Shown: positions 41,966 through 50,937, counted from the stretch's first letter. The stretch is 64,000 bases of DNA from a bacterium (GCA_965219955.1 OZ244799.1:576001-640000); one strand, 5' to 3'. Numbers and translations: made by a program. The notes: generated by a model from the sequence alone, not told the origin.

Positions 41966-42189
41966 TGAAATTTTCCCGCATGATGTATAATAGAAGCATC
42001 GCGATATGAAAATAAGTCTGGTTTTGGGCGGAATCTCTCATTTCTCATTCTGATCTGAGAGGAGGGCATCGTACCACTGGCGAATGGGTTTCCGGCGTCG
42101 AGTATATTTCTGCGCCGCAAATCTTGCATTTTGTTGTAACGCTCTGGACTATCCATGTAAGTCTTCATTCACTCGAAGGAGGAACAGGC

Positions 42190-43179
42190 ATGAAAAGACT
42201 TGTTGGTTTCGCACTGGCCGCCGCGTTCGTAGCGGGTACGTTCGTGGTGGTTGCGCCCGCCGAATCGGCGTCGCTGCGCATCGGCGCGCACCGGGCCCTG
42301 ATGGGGTCTTTCGAGGTCGTCGCCGACCGCATGGGCTACTGGAAGAAAGAGGGCTTGAAGTACACGATGAGCCACTTCAAGCAGGGAAAACTGATGCGCA
42401 ACGCCATCATCCAGAATAACCTGGATACCGGCACCACGGGCTTCTCGCCCTTTACGACGGCAATTTCCAAGGGAGCGAAGGTAACGGCCATCGGGGTGAC
42501 GGCGAACATCTGCGGCATGGTCGCCATTATCGTGCCCGCGAAATCGAAGGCCAAGAGCCTGAAAGACCTCAAGGGCTCGGTGTTCGCCAACAAGAAGGGC
42601 ACGAGCACGGACTTCGCGTTCCAGTTCTACGTCGTTCCCGCGCATGGCCTGAAACGCTCGGACTTCCCGCTCCTGAGCGTCCGCACCACAGAGCGCATCG
42701 CCGCGCTGGTATCCGGCGCCGCCCAGGCGGCCATGGTCGGCGAACCGCAGGGTGAAATCGCCCGTGAGCAGGGCCTGATTCGCTATCTTGAGGATCTGTG
42801 CAAATACGACAACACCAGAATGATGCACGTGGGTAACCCGCAGACCATCAAAAAGCACCCCGATCTCTACTACAGGTACTTCAGGGGCTGGCTGAAGACG
42901 CACCAGTTGCTCAAGAATGACCCCGAAACCTACGCCAAGGTTTACACCAAGGCGCTTCAGGAAGTGGGCGACAAAGCCAAGTACAGCACCACGCTCAAGG
43001 TCGTTAAAAAGCTCAAGACGGAGGTTTTCCTGAGCGACGAGGTGAAGAAATACCTGAACGACATGGGTGACAAGCAGATCCAGCTCGGCTGGATCAAGAG
43101 CCACCCCGACTTCACCAAGAGTCCGCACCTGGATGACTCCATCCTCCGCAGGGCCGCGAAGGACATCGGCTTCAACTAG
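42190..43179 (+). CDS. ABC transporter substrate-binding protein (SsuA/TauA/NMT1-like), copy 2
   Basis: Close paralog of 40917-41906 over its full length. Confidence 0.8.
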   Translation: MKRLVGFALAAAFVAGTFVVVAPAESASLRIGAHRALMGSFEVVADRMGYWKKEGLKYTMSHFKQGKLMRNAIIQNNLDTGTTGFSPFTTAISKGAKVTAIGVTANICGMVAIIVPAKSKAKSLKDLKGSVFANKKGTSTDFAFQFYVVPAHGLKRSDFPLLSVRTTERIAALVSGAAQAAMVGEPQGEIAREQGLIRYLEDLCKYDNTRMMHVGNPQTIKKHPDLYYRYFRGWLKTHQLLKNDPETYAKVYTKALQEVGDKAKYSTTLKVVKKLKTEVFLSDEVKKYLNDMGDKQIQLGWIKSHPDFTKSPHLDDSILRRAAKDIGFN

Positions 43180-43210
43180 GCGGAAGGCGGACGGACAAGA
43201 AGTAACAGAA

Positions 43211-43244
43211 GACCCCCGGGGGCGAAAGCTCCCGGGGGTTTCTT
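43211..43244 (+). terminator. Intrinsic terminator
   Basis: ACCCCCGGGGGC-GAAA-GCTCCCGGGGGT followed by TTCTT; homologous to the copy-1 terminator. Confidence 0.75.
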
Positions 43245-43375
43245 GTGGCGAGGCTGGACGCGGGGTTGTCGAAAAACCCCTCGTCGGGGGGCATTGTCTT
43301 TAGCGGGAAGGCCGCTTTCGCGCGAACCCCCCGACCTCCCTGGCCAAAAGCACCCCCCCCTATACCCCCCTTGTC

Positions 43376-43646
43376 GGGGCTGTTGAAAAGGTCCTGTCCG
43401 ACCCTCGAGATTGTTCGCCGTAGGGACAGGCCTCCGTGCCTGTCCTGACGAAGGACAACCACGAAGAGCAGGACAGGCACGGAGGCCTGTCCCTACAAAA
43501 CCATCACGTCTGCGCCGCATGAACCTCCTTGCCGCCGATCCCGCATCAGGCTTTTTCAACAACCCCCTCAAGGGGAGAGTGATTTTTTCTCTCGTCGGTC
43601 GGTTACATACGACAAATCCAGAGTTCCAGGGTTTTTCAACAAGCCC
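43376..43646. mobile_element. MITE-like element with TTGTC target duplication, nested in another repeat
   Basis: TTGTC|GGGGCTGTTGAAAA ... TTTTCAACAAGCCC|TTGTC; further TIR-like ends at 43262 and about 43553-43566. Confidence 0.65.
43420..43496. repeat. GTAG-type REP doublet (28-bp perfect inverted arms, 21-bp spacer)
   Basis: GTAGGGACAGGCCTCCGTGCCTGTCCTG and its reverse complement; identical core at 56893-56969. Confidence 0.85.
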
Positions 43647-43720
43647 TTGTCAGGGGAGCTTTTCTTGCGCCCTCGGATGGAGGGGCCGGCAGCGAAGCGT
43701 ATCGCTCATCCCCATGACGC

Positions 43721-43756
43721 AAAAAAACCGGGCGCGACTCTCGCCGCGCCCGGCTT
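43721..43756 (-). terminator. Intrinsic terminator of the ABC permease
   Basis: CCGGGCGCG/CGCGCCCGG hairpin with a T7 tail on the minus strand. Confidence 0.75.
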
Positions 43757-43779
43757 GTAAGTGTTTGTTGTTGTTCTGA

Positions 43780-44706
43780 TTATACCTTCTTGTCCTGCGC
43801 GCCCATCGCCTCCATCATTCCCCAGCGGATGACGGTGCGGCTCTCGATGGGCTGGAAGAGCACCTTCTCCAGCACGAAGCCGAACAGGCCGAGGACGGAG
43901 AGCGCGACCATCATGAACGCGATGTCGAGGTATTCCTGCGCGTCGAAGATGCCGGCGGAAAGCCCCCAGCGGATGCCCGCGAAGGCCTCCGCGCCCACGC
44001 CCGCGCGCCAGGCGCGCGCCAGGCCGATGCGCATGCCGCTCAGAATCATCGGCAGCGAGCCGGGCAGGACGACGGTGCGGAAAATCGTCATCTTGTCCGC
44101 GTTCATCGACTGGGCCGCGCGTATCCATACCGGGTTCACGGTTTTCACGCCGGTCCAGACCGCCATGGCGATGGGCAGGAACGAGGCGAAGGCCGTGATG
44201 ACGATGACCGTCTGGTCCCCGATGCCCGACCAGATGACGACGATGGGCGTCCAGGCGATGGCCGGAATCGGCAGCAGCACCGAAAGAAGCGGAACGAAGA
44301 ACGATTCCCAGAAGGCGAAGCGGCCCATCAATATGCCCACGATGGTGCCCACGATCGCCGCGATGAAGAACGAGAACGGAAGGCGCCACGCGGTGTTGAG
44401 CGTATGGAGCAGAATCGGGCTCTCACCGAGTTTCCAAATCTGATCGAATAGCCCCAGATTGGGGTTCTCGGCCAATGCCCGGAACATGGGACCCGTCACG
44501 AGTTCCCAGGCCCGGTAGACGATGGCGTCGACGGTCGGGAAGAGCCTGCCCTGGTTGCCCTGGGCCTGCATGGCGGCGACCTGCCAGATGGCGAGGATGA
44601 CGATGAACGGGTAGACCGGCCTGAGCTTCACCAACAGGGATGATCTCACCTTTTTTTTCTTCTCGTCCAGCGACGGCGGAGCGGATGCTGCCTCGGATGT
44701 CTGCAT
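43780..44706 (-). CDS. ABC transporter permease (SsuC/TauC-like)
   Basis: PIPAIAW.P, EAA-like loop AAQSMNA, V.LP.SLP.I.SG.R...W. Confidence 0.88.
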   Translation of the reverse strand: MQTSEAASAPPSLDEKKKKVRSSLLVKLRPVYPFIVILAIWQVAAMQAQGNQGRLFPTVDAIVYRAWELVTGPMFRALAENPNLGLFDQIWKLGESPILLHTLNTAWRLPFSFFIAAIVGTIVGILMGRFAFWESFFVPLLSVLLPIPAIAWTPIVVIWSGIGDQTVIVITAFASFLPIAMAVWTGVKTVNPVWIRAAQSMNADKMTIFRTVVLPGSLPMILSGMRIGLARAWRAGVGAEAFAGIRWGLSAGIFDAQEYLDIAFMMVALSVLGLFGFVLEKVLFQPIESRTVIRWGMMEAMGAQDKKV

Positions 44707-44719
44707 GGATTATTCCTCT

Positions 44720-45466
44720 CTAAAAATCGCGAATCAAATCGTTCACGTGTCGTTGCAGTTTGATGAACTCGGGCGCGAGGTCGTCTCTGGGCCTGGGCAG
44801 ATCCACTCTCACGATCTCGCGGATTCTCCCCGGATTCGGGACGAACACGACGATCCGGTTCCCGAGGTAGACGGCCTCGCTCAGGTTGTGCGTGACGTAG
44901 AGAATCGTCTTTTTCGTCTTCTGCCACACGTCGACGGTAAGTTCCTGCAACTCCTCGCGCGTCTGGGCGTCGAGCGCGCCGAAGGGTTCGTCCATCAGGA
45001 GGATTTGCGGGTCGAACGCCATGGCTCTCGCCACCGCCACCCGCTGGCGCATGCCGCCCGAGAGGTTGTGCGGGAAGAAATCCGCGAACTCCTCGAGACG
45101 GACGAGGCGCAGGAAATCGAGGGATATTCTTCTGCGCTCCTCCTCGGGCACGTTTCTGATTTCGAGGCCGTATTCCACGTTCTGCCTCGCCGTGCGCCAC
45201 GGGAACAGCGCGTATTCCTGGAAAACGACGCCCTTGTCGTAGTCCTGGGTGAGCGTTTTCCCGTCCATGGTGATCGTGCCCGCGGTGATCTCGACGAAGC
45301 CGGCGAGCATGTTGAGCAGCGTCGTCTTCCCGCAGCCCGAAAGCCCCACGAGACAGATGAACTCGCCGTCCTCGATATTGAGGTTCACGCCTTCCAGAGC
45401 GTGGACCCGCCTTTCGGGCGTGTCATAGATTTTTCTCAGATTTTGTATCGATATTTTCGTAACCAT
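44720..45466 (-). CDS. ABC transporter ATP-binding protein (SsuB/TauB-like)
   Basis: GLSGCGKT, VFQEYALFPW, LSGGMRQR, MDEPFGALDAQTR. Confidence 0.92.
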   Translation of the reverse strand: MVTKISIQNLRKIYDTPERRVHALEGVNLNIEDGEFICLVGLSGCGKTTLLNMLAGFVEITAGTITMDGKTLTQDYDKGVVFQEYALFPWRTARQNVEYGLEIRNVPEEERRRISLDFLRLVRLEEFADFFPHNLSGGMRQRVAVARAMAFDPQILLMDEPFGALDAQTREELQELTVDVWQKTKKTILYVTHNLSEAVYLGNRIVVFVPNPGRIREIVRVDLPRPRDDLAPEFIKLQRHVNDLIRDF

Positions 45467-45748
45467 GAATAATAGTATTCCCAAGTTAATGAAAGACTTG
45501 GCCTTTCGAGTGAATTGAAATCGAACCGAAGCACACTGATTCTAGCAAATACGCGGTGAGAGAGAAACCGCAATTATACTTTCGTGATGTTTTGTAATAA
45601 TCTCATGTGCGCGGATGAAGGATTAGCGCTGCAAAATACCGGGAAAGCATTGAAATTGTTGAAGCTTCGGGTGAATGATCGGCTTTGGGGAAATTGGTTT
45701 GCTCCGCGCGCCGGGAAATCCCGGACGGGAATTCAGGAAAGGACTTGA

Positions 45749-46975
45749 TTGATGGATGGTCGACTTCCGCTGGAGGGTCTTCGGATCCTGGCGGTGGAGC
45801 AGTTCGGGGCGGGGCCGCTGGCCTCGCAACTGTTGGGGGATATGGGGGCGGAGGTCATCAAGATCGAGGATCACGCCGTGGGCGGGGATTCCGCGCGGCC
45901 CGTCCCGCCGTATGCGCTTCCGAATAACGACAGCTACTATTTCCAGTCCTTCAACCGGAACAAGAAGAGCGTCGCGCTCAGGATACGTACGCCCGAGGGC
46001 AAGGCGATATTGCGCAGGCTCGCGCGCAAGGCGGATGCGCTCTATGCGAACTGCCGGGGCGATGCGCCCGAGAAGCTCGAATTAACGTATAAGCACCTGG
46101 GCCCCTACAACGAGAAAATCGTGTGCTGTTTTCTCTCGGGCTACGGGATGACCGGCCCCAGAGCACCCGAGCCGGCTTACGACTACCTCATGCAGGCCTA
46201 CGCGGGCATCATGGACCTGACGGGAGAGCCGGACGGCCCCCCGACCAAGGCGGGCGTGAGCTTCGTCGATTTCTCGGGCGGGTTCATATCGCTCGTGGGC
46301 CTGTTGGCCGCGCTGTGGGAGGCGAACCGCACCGGAAAGGGCAGGGACGTCGACGTGGCGCTCATGGACGGCGCCCTGGTGCAGCTTGCGTACATGGCCA
46401 CCTGGGCGCTCAACTGCGGCTACGTGCCGCAAAAATTCTCCCGGAGCGCGCACCCCTCGATGGTGCCCGCGCAGAATTTCGAGACCAAAGACGGCTGGGT
46501 GAGCGTGCTTTGCCTCAAGCAGAGTTTCTTCCCCATCCTCGTCGAGCGCATGGGCCTGCCGGCACTGGCCGAGGACCCGCGCTTCAAGCTGGCGCAGGAC
46601 CGCTTCGAGAACCGCGAAGTTTTATTGGATATCTTAGAGAAGGCGTTTCAGGAGAAAACGAACGCCGAGTGGACCGACCTTCTCCAGGGCCATGTGCCCT
46701 TCGCGCCTGTGAACACCGTGGCGCAGGCGATGGAGGATCCCCAGATCCTGGCGCGCGACATGATTGTCGAGATGGAGCACCCCGAGGCGGGGAGCATGAA
46801 GGTGCTCGGGCCGCCCATCAGGCTGCCGGGCGCGGATATGAAATATACGCGGGCGCCGTATCTGGGCGAGCACACGAGAGAGGTTCTGGGCGATCTCCTC
46901 GGGATGGAGGAAGATGAACTCGAGGACTTGAGAGAGAAGAACATCGTGTCCTGGGCCGCTCCGCCTGAAGGGTAG
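45749..46975 (+). CDS. Class III CoA-transferase (CaiB/BaiF family)
   Basis: PLEGLRIL, GP....LGDMGAEVIKIE, NRNKKS, SGYG.TGP, YD..QA. Confidence 0.92.
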   Translation: MMDGRLPLEGLRILAVEQFGAGPLASQLLGDMGAEVIKIEDHAVGGDSARPVPPYALPNNDSYYFQSFNRNKKSVALRIRTPEGKAILRRLARKADALYANCRGDAPEKLELTYKHLGPYNEKIVCCFLSGYGMTGPRAPEPAYDYLMQAYAGIMDLTGEPDGPPTKAGVSFVDFSGGFISLVGLLAALWEANRTGKGRDVDVALMDGALVQLAYMATWALNCGYVPQKFSRSAHPSMVPAQNFETKDGWVSVLCLKQSFFPILVERMGLPALAEDPRFKLAQDRFENREVLLDILEKAFQEKTNAEWTDLLQGHVPFAPVNTVAQAMEDPQILARDMIVEMEHPEAGSMKVLGPPIRLPGADMKYTRAPYLGEHTREVLGDLLGMEEDELEDLREKNIVSWAAPPEG

Positions 46976-47031
46976 GGCGCGGGAAAGAGCGATAATTTGC
47001 CGGTTTTCATTCACATTCTGGAGGTGCTCTC

Positions 47032-47460
47032 ATGGCGGATTTGCCGATACCGCAAGTCGTAAATTCCCTGGACGTAGACGAGGACAAGGCCTATGAGCCG
47101 CCCTATGACATCCGCTGGGGCGTGAACCGCGAGACGACGGGGACGGATACGATCACGATGGGCAGAACCATCATCCCCCCGAGAGGCCGTAACGCGCTGC
47201 ATTTTCATGAAAACTGCGACACCACGATCTACGTGGTGAAAGGCCCCATCAATATCTACTGGAAAGAGGGCGGGGAGATCGCAAGAAAGGAAATACCCGT
47301 CGGCCATTTCGTCTATTTCCCCTGCGGTTGCATCCACGGGCAGGAGAATCCGAGCACGGACGAACCGGCGGAGTTGATATTCACCTACGGCGGAATGCCC
47401 AACAAGGAAGCGGCGGGCACGACGTTCGTGGACGATCCCAGAGACCCGTTGAGGGACTAG
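47032..47460 (+). CDS. Cupin domain protein
   Basis: H.H...IYVVKG and P.G.IH cupin motifs. Confidence 0.75.
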   Translation: MADLPIPQVVNSLDVDEDKAYEPPYDIRWGVNRETTGTDTITMGRTIIPPRGRNALHFHENCDTTIYVVKGPINIYWKEGGEIARKEIPVGHFVYFPCGCIHGQENPSTDEPAELIFTYGGMPNKEAAGTTFVDDPRDPLRD

Positions 47461-47528
47461 ATATTCGCATTTCCGGGGCGGTCTCCATTCGCTTGTCATC
47501 GCCCGGGAATGAGGAGGTGAGTTCGCGC

Positions 47529-48413
47529 ATGTTTTCCCCACGATTCCTCGTTTGCCTGCTCCTCACCTGTTTCCTGGGCGTCACGGCCATTTCCGCGCAA
47601 GCGCAGAAGATCCGCAAGAAAACGTCGGGGTTTGACGGCGCCGCGTTGGTGCACGTTCCCCCGGGGTGGTTCGTGATGGGCAGCAAGTCCGGCGACAAGG
47701 ACGAGCGCCCGCCCCGGAAAGTTTTCGTCTCCGGCTTCTGGATTGGTCAGACGGAAGTGACGGCGGAGCGCTTCGCGCGCTTCGTCGCCCAAACGGGCTA
47801 CAAGACGACGGCCGAGAAGCGGAACTGGTCCTGGACCTGGGATGCTTCTCTCAGGAAGGGAAAGGGCGGCTGGCGAAAGACGAAGGGGGCGAACTGGCGC
47901 CGGCCCGAAGGCCCGAAATCCACCTGGAAGACCACGCCGACGCAGCCCGTCTCCCACGTGAGCTGGCCCGATGCGGAGGCTTATTGCGGGTGGGCGGGCA
48001 GGCGCCTGCCCACCGAGGCGGAATGGGAACGCGCGGCGCGCGGCGGGGACGGAAGGCGCTACCCCTGGGGGAAGGGACGCGACGCGATGAGAGCCAACCT
48101 GAAAGGGGGCAAGGACGGGTTCCCCGGCGTCGCTCCCGCGGGCCGCTTCCCTAAGGGCGCGAGCCCCTTCGGGGCGCTCGACATGTCGGGCAACGTCTGG
48201 GAATGGGTGGCCGACCGCTATGGTTCGAGGGCCTATAAGAAAATGGCCGAGCGCGACCCGCACGGGCCTGCGAAGGGAAAAACGAGAGTCGTCCGCGGCG
48301 CCTCCTGGGGCAGCCCCGTCGCCTGGGCCACGGCGCACAACCGCTACCACCGCCCGCCCCGTTATACGAACAACAAGATCGGCTTTCGCTGCGCCACGGG
48401 CGAGGGTGGCTAA
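47529..48413 (+). CDS. Secreted FGE-sulfatase/SUMF1-domain protein
   Basis: Signal peptide, [34 protein letters not shown]. Confidence 0.88.
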   Translation: MFSPRFLVCLLLTCFLGVTAISAQAQKIRKKTSGFDGAALVHVPPGWFVMGSKSGDKDERPPRKVFVSGFWIGQTEVTAERFARFVAQTGYKTTAEKRNWSWTWDASLRKGKGGWRKTKGANWRRPEGPKSTWKTTPTQPVSHVSWPDAEAYCGWAGRRLPTEAEWERAARGGDGRRYPWGKGRDAMRANLKGGKDGFPGVAPAGRFPKGASPFGALDMSGNVWEWVADRYGSRAYKKMAERDPHGPAKGKTRVVRGASWGSPVAWATAHNRYHRPPRYTNNKIGFRCATGEGG

Positions 48414-48540
48414 TACGGCCGGAGTCGTACGGCTCACTGGTTTGTGAGGGGAAGTTCAGCTTTCCACCAACAAAGTGTTCGCGACTTTATAATAGAGAAT
48501 GACGAGGGAAATCAGGCCGAGCGCCGGTTTGGTTCTCCGT

Positions 48541-48822
48541 TCACTTCGACGTTCTCTCAATCAGGGCTTCCAACGCTCTCATGCTTTCGCGGTGGCGGGT
48601 TTCCAGAGCTCCCATGCTCTCGCGGTGGCGGGTGTCCAGAGCGGCCATGGTTTCCTCGTGCTGCTTGTCTCTGGCTGCAGAAGCGCGGTTCATCTGTCTC
48701 AGACCATATAAAATGAGAAAACATTGAACGCTGCCCACGACAAGCGAGATCAAGGCGTGTATGGCCGAAATCCAGAGGCCGATACGTGATAGTTCGAGTG
48801 TCGCCATTTGAAATTCCGTCAT
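48541..48822 (-). CDS. Small TM + hendecad coiled-coil protein, array copy 1 (93 aa)
   Basis: GAGGAGGGG SD; hydrophobic helix, then HEETMAALDTR-HRESMGALETR-HRESMRALEAL; ends LIERTSK. Confidence 0.75.
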   Translation of the reverse strand: MTEFQMATLELSRIGLWISAIHALISLVVGSVQCFLILYGLRQMNRASAARDKQHEETMAALDTRHRESMGALETRHRESMRALEALIERTSK

Positions 48823-48867
48823 CTTTTCCCCTCCTCGGGTATCTAGTAGGAGTGGAGTCGCCTCTCG

Positions 48868-48896
48868 AATATGACGCACGGGCGAAGGAAAAGCAA
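48868..48896 (-). promoter_or_regulatory. Repeated sigma70-like promoter, unit 1
   Basis: TTGCTT-N17-CATATT on the minus strand. Confidence 0.55.
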
Positions 48897-49036
48897 CATT
48901 TGCCCTCGCCCGAGCCGTTGGTTCGGATTTCTCCGGTGGAGCGGATTGCGCCGGGATGGTGCAGCGGCGCCGCGAGAGGGCGTGCATCAAGGAAATGACG
49001 AGGGAAATCAGGCGGAGCGCCGGTTTGGTTTTTCGC

Positions 49037-49309
49037 TCACTTCGACGTTCTTTCAATCAGGGCTTCCAGGGCTCTCATGCTTTCGCGGTGGCGGGTATCC
49101 AGAGCTCCCATGCTCTCACGGTGGCGGGTGTCCAAAGCAGCCATGGTTTCCTCGTGCTGCCGCTTGTTTTGTTCTTCCCTTCTCTCGGTGCCGCGCTGCA
49201 TGAGTTTCAGCCCGAACCAGATGAGCGCGCATTGTCCGACACCCACCATGAATGAGATAAAGGCGTGAATCGCCGAAATCCAAAGCGTCAAAATATCAAA
49301 CTGCGTCAT
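49037..49309 (-). CDS. Small TM + hendecad coiled-coil protein, array copy 2 (90 aa)
   Basis: Same SD, architecture and C-terminus as copy 1. Confidence 0.75.
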   Translation of the reverse strand: MTQFDILTLWISAIHAFISFMVGVGQCALIWFGLKLMQRGTERREEQNKRQHEETMAALDTRHRESMGALDTRHRESMRALEALIERTSK

Positions 49310-49354
49310 CTTTTCCCCTCCTCGGGTATCTAATAGGAGTGGAGTCGCCTCTCG

Positions 49355-49383
49355 AATATGGCGCACGGGCGAAGGAAAAGCAA
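49355..49383 (-). promoter_or_regulatory. Repeated sigma70-like promoter, unit 2
   Basis: TTGCTT-N17-CATATT on the minus strand. Confidence 0.55.
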
Positions 49384-49523
49384 CATCTGGCGTCGCCCGA
49401 GCCGTTGGTTCGGATTTCTCCGGTGGAGCGGATTGCGCCGGGATGGTGCAGCGGCGCCGCGAGAGGACGTGCATCAAGGAAATGACGAGGGAAATCAGGC
49501 GGAGCGCCGGTTTGGTTCTCCGT

Positions 49524-49763
49524 TCACTTCGACGTTCTTTCAATCAGGGCTTCCAGGGCTCTCATGGCTTCACGGTGGCGGGTATCCAGAGCGGCCATGG
49601 TTTCCTCGTGCAGCCGTTTGCTTTGCTCTTCCCTTCTCTCGGTGCCGCGCTGCATGAGTTTCAGCCCGTACCAGATGAGCGCGCATTGTCCGACACCCAC
49701 CATGAATGAGATAAAGGCGTGAATCGCCGAAATCCAAAGCGTCAAAATTTCAAACTGCGTCAT
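49524..49763 (-). CDS. Small TM + hendecad coiled-coil protein, array copy 3 (79 aa)
   Basis: Near-identical to copy 2 but with one 33-bp repeat fewer; frame preserved. Confidence 0.75.
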   Translation of the reverse strand: MTQFEILTLWISAIHAFISFMVGVGQCALIWYGLKLMQRGTERREEQSKRLHEETMAALDTRHREAMRALEALIERTSK

Positions 49764-49808
49764 CTTTTCCCCTCCTCGGGTATCTAGTAGGAGTGGAGTC
49801 GCCTCTCG

Positions 49809-49837
49809 AATATGGCGCACGGGCGAAGGAAAAGCAA
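49809..49837 (-). promoter_or_regulatory. Repeated sigma70-like promoter, unit 3
   Basis: TTGCTT-N17-CATATT; array homology ends just past the -35 box. Confidence 0.55.
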
Positions 49838-49954
49838 CCATGCGCCTGCCTGCGTCATCCCGTCTTTTTGGCATAGACAATGGTCTTCATTTCGTTGGAA
49901 TCACCGCCGGACCTCTTTCCTGAAGGCATCGCGCGCCATTGACCAGGCCCGCAG

Positions 49955-50926
49955 TCAATTCGTCGGCGCGGGCGGCACGACGAGCACGCCGTGCGCGCCG
50001 TTTCCCACGCGGATTTTCCTGATGTTGCGGTGACGTCTGGCGTCCATCACGAACACTTCCCTGGAATCCCTGTTCGTCACGTATGCGAGCGCGCCGTCGG
50101 GCGTGAAGGCGATGAGGTCGGGCCGCACCCCCTGCCTGACGCTGGCGACGCGCTTCTGCGCGGGGAGCGAGAAGACCGACACCCTGTTCTTGTGAGGCAG
50201 GGTGACGTAGAGGAACTTCCCGTCCGGCGTGATGAGGGCGTCGTGCGGCTCGCCGGAGAGTTTGATGGTGCGGATGATTTCCAGGGTATCGAGGTCGACC
50301 ACGCTGTAGGAGTTCCGCTCCCCGTTCATGACGTAGAGCCTCTTGCCGTCGCGCGTCACATCGATGCCCTCGATGTAGTGGCCCGCCTCGATCTGCCTGA
50401 TGGGCTTTCTCGTCTCGAGATCAACGACGGAGACGTCTTCGCTGAGCTCGTTCGCGACGAAGGCGAAGCGGCCGTCGGGGCTCAGCTTGATGTTCACCGG
50501 GTTGTTCCCCCCGTGCTTGATCAAGCCGATGATTTTCCGGGCCGCGACGTCCAGGATCGTCACGTTGTCCGAATAGGTGTTCACGAAATAGGCGCGCGCG
50601 CCGTCGGGGGAGAACGCCAGGTTGTAGGGGTCGCGGCCCGCGCGCACGCGGCGGATGAATTTGAGCTTGTGCGTGTCGAAAACGCGCACGAAGGCGCTGC
50701 CGTCGTTGATGACGTAGGCGTGGCGCCCGTCTGGCGCGAGGGAGAGGCGGTTCGCCTTCCTGCCCGCGGGGATCGTCTGGATGACCTCATGCGTATCGCG
50801 CGAGATGACGCTCAGCGTGCCGTCGCGCGTGTTCGTAACGAGAATCCGCTCGCCCGCCGCAAGCGCAGGCGCGGGAGACGAGAGCAGAAGAGCGAGAACG
50901 ACGAGGGAGAGCATGAGGTCGCGCAT
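49955..50926 (-). CDS. Secreted YVTN/YncE beta-propeller protein
   Basis: Signal peptide; about seven PDG..AYV.N....VSV.D repeats. Confidence 0.88.
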   Translation of the reverse strand: MRDLMLSLVVLALLLSSPAPALAAGERILVTNTRDGTLSVISRDTHEVIQTIPAGRKANRLSLAPDGRHAYVINDGSAFVRVFDTHKLKFIRRVRAGRDPYNLAFSPDGARAYFVNTYSDNVTILDVAARKIIGLIKHGGNNPVNIKLSPDGRFAFVANELSEDVSVVDLETRKPIRQIEAGHYIEGIDVTRDGKRLYVMNGERNSYSVVDLDTLEIIRTIKLSGEPHDALITPDGKFLYVTLPHKNRVSVFSLPAQKRVASVRQGVRPDLIAFTPDGALAYVTNRDSREVFVMDARRHRNIRKIRVGNGAHGVLVVPPAPTN

Positions 50927-50937
50927 GATGGAGGCAC

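Larger units (their letters stand above)
48498..49838. repeat. Tandem array of about 490-bp gene-containing units (2.7 copies)
   Basis: Units start with AATGACGAGGGAAATCAGG at 48498, 48994 and 49481 (periods 496 and 487). Confidence 0.92.

Noticed and set aside
43176-43779. ORFs within the repeat piles (also 55124-55721 and 56667-57337)
   Set aside because: They are translations of palindromic repeats, with no transposase motifs.
48541-49056. Longer 168-171 aa versions of the array ORFs
   Set aside because: The extensions cross the promoter and spacer and overlap the neighbouring copy. The SD-preceded ATG and the homolog at 61549 support the short starts.
48498-49838. Array as CRISPR, integron cassettes or a DGR
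   Set aside because: Units are about 490 bp with internal genes and their own promoters. There is no short repeat-spacer pattern, attC structure, integrase or reverse transcriptase, and the differences are not adenine-specific.
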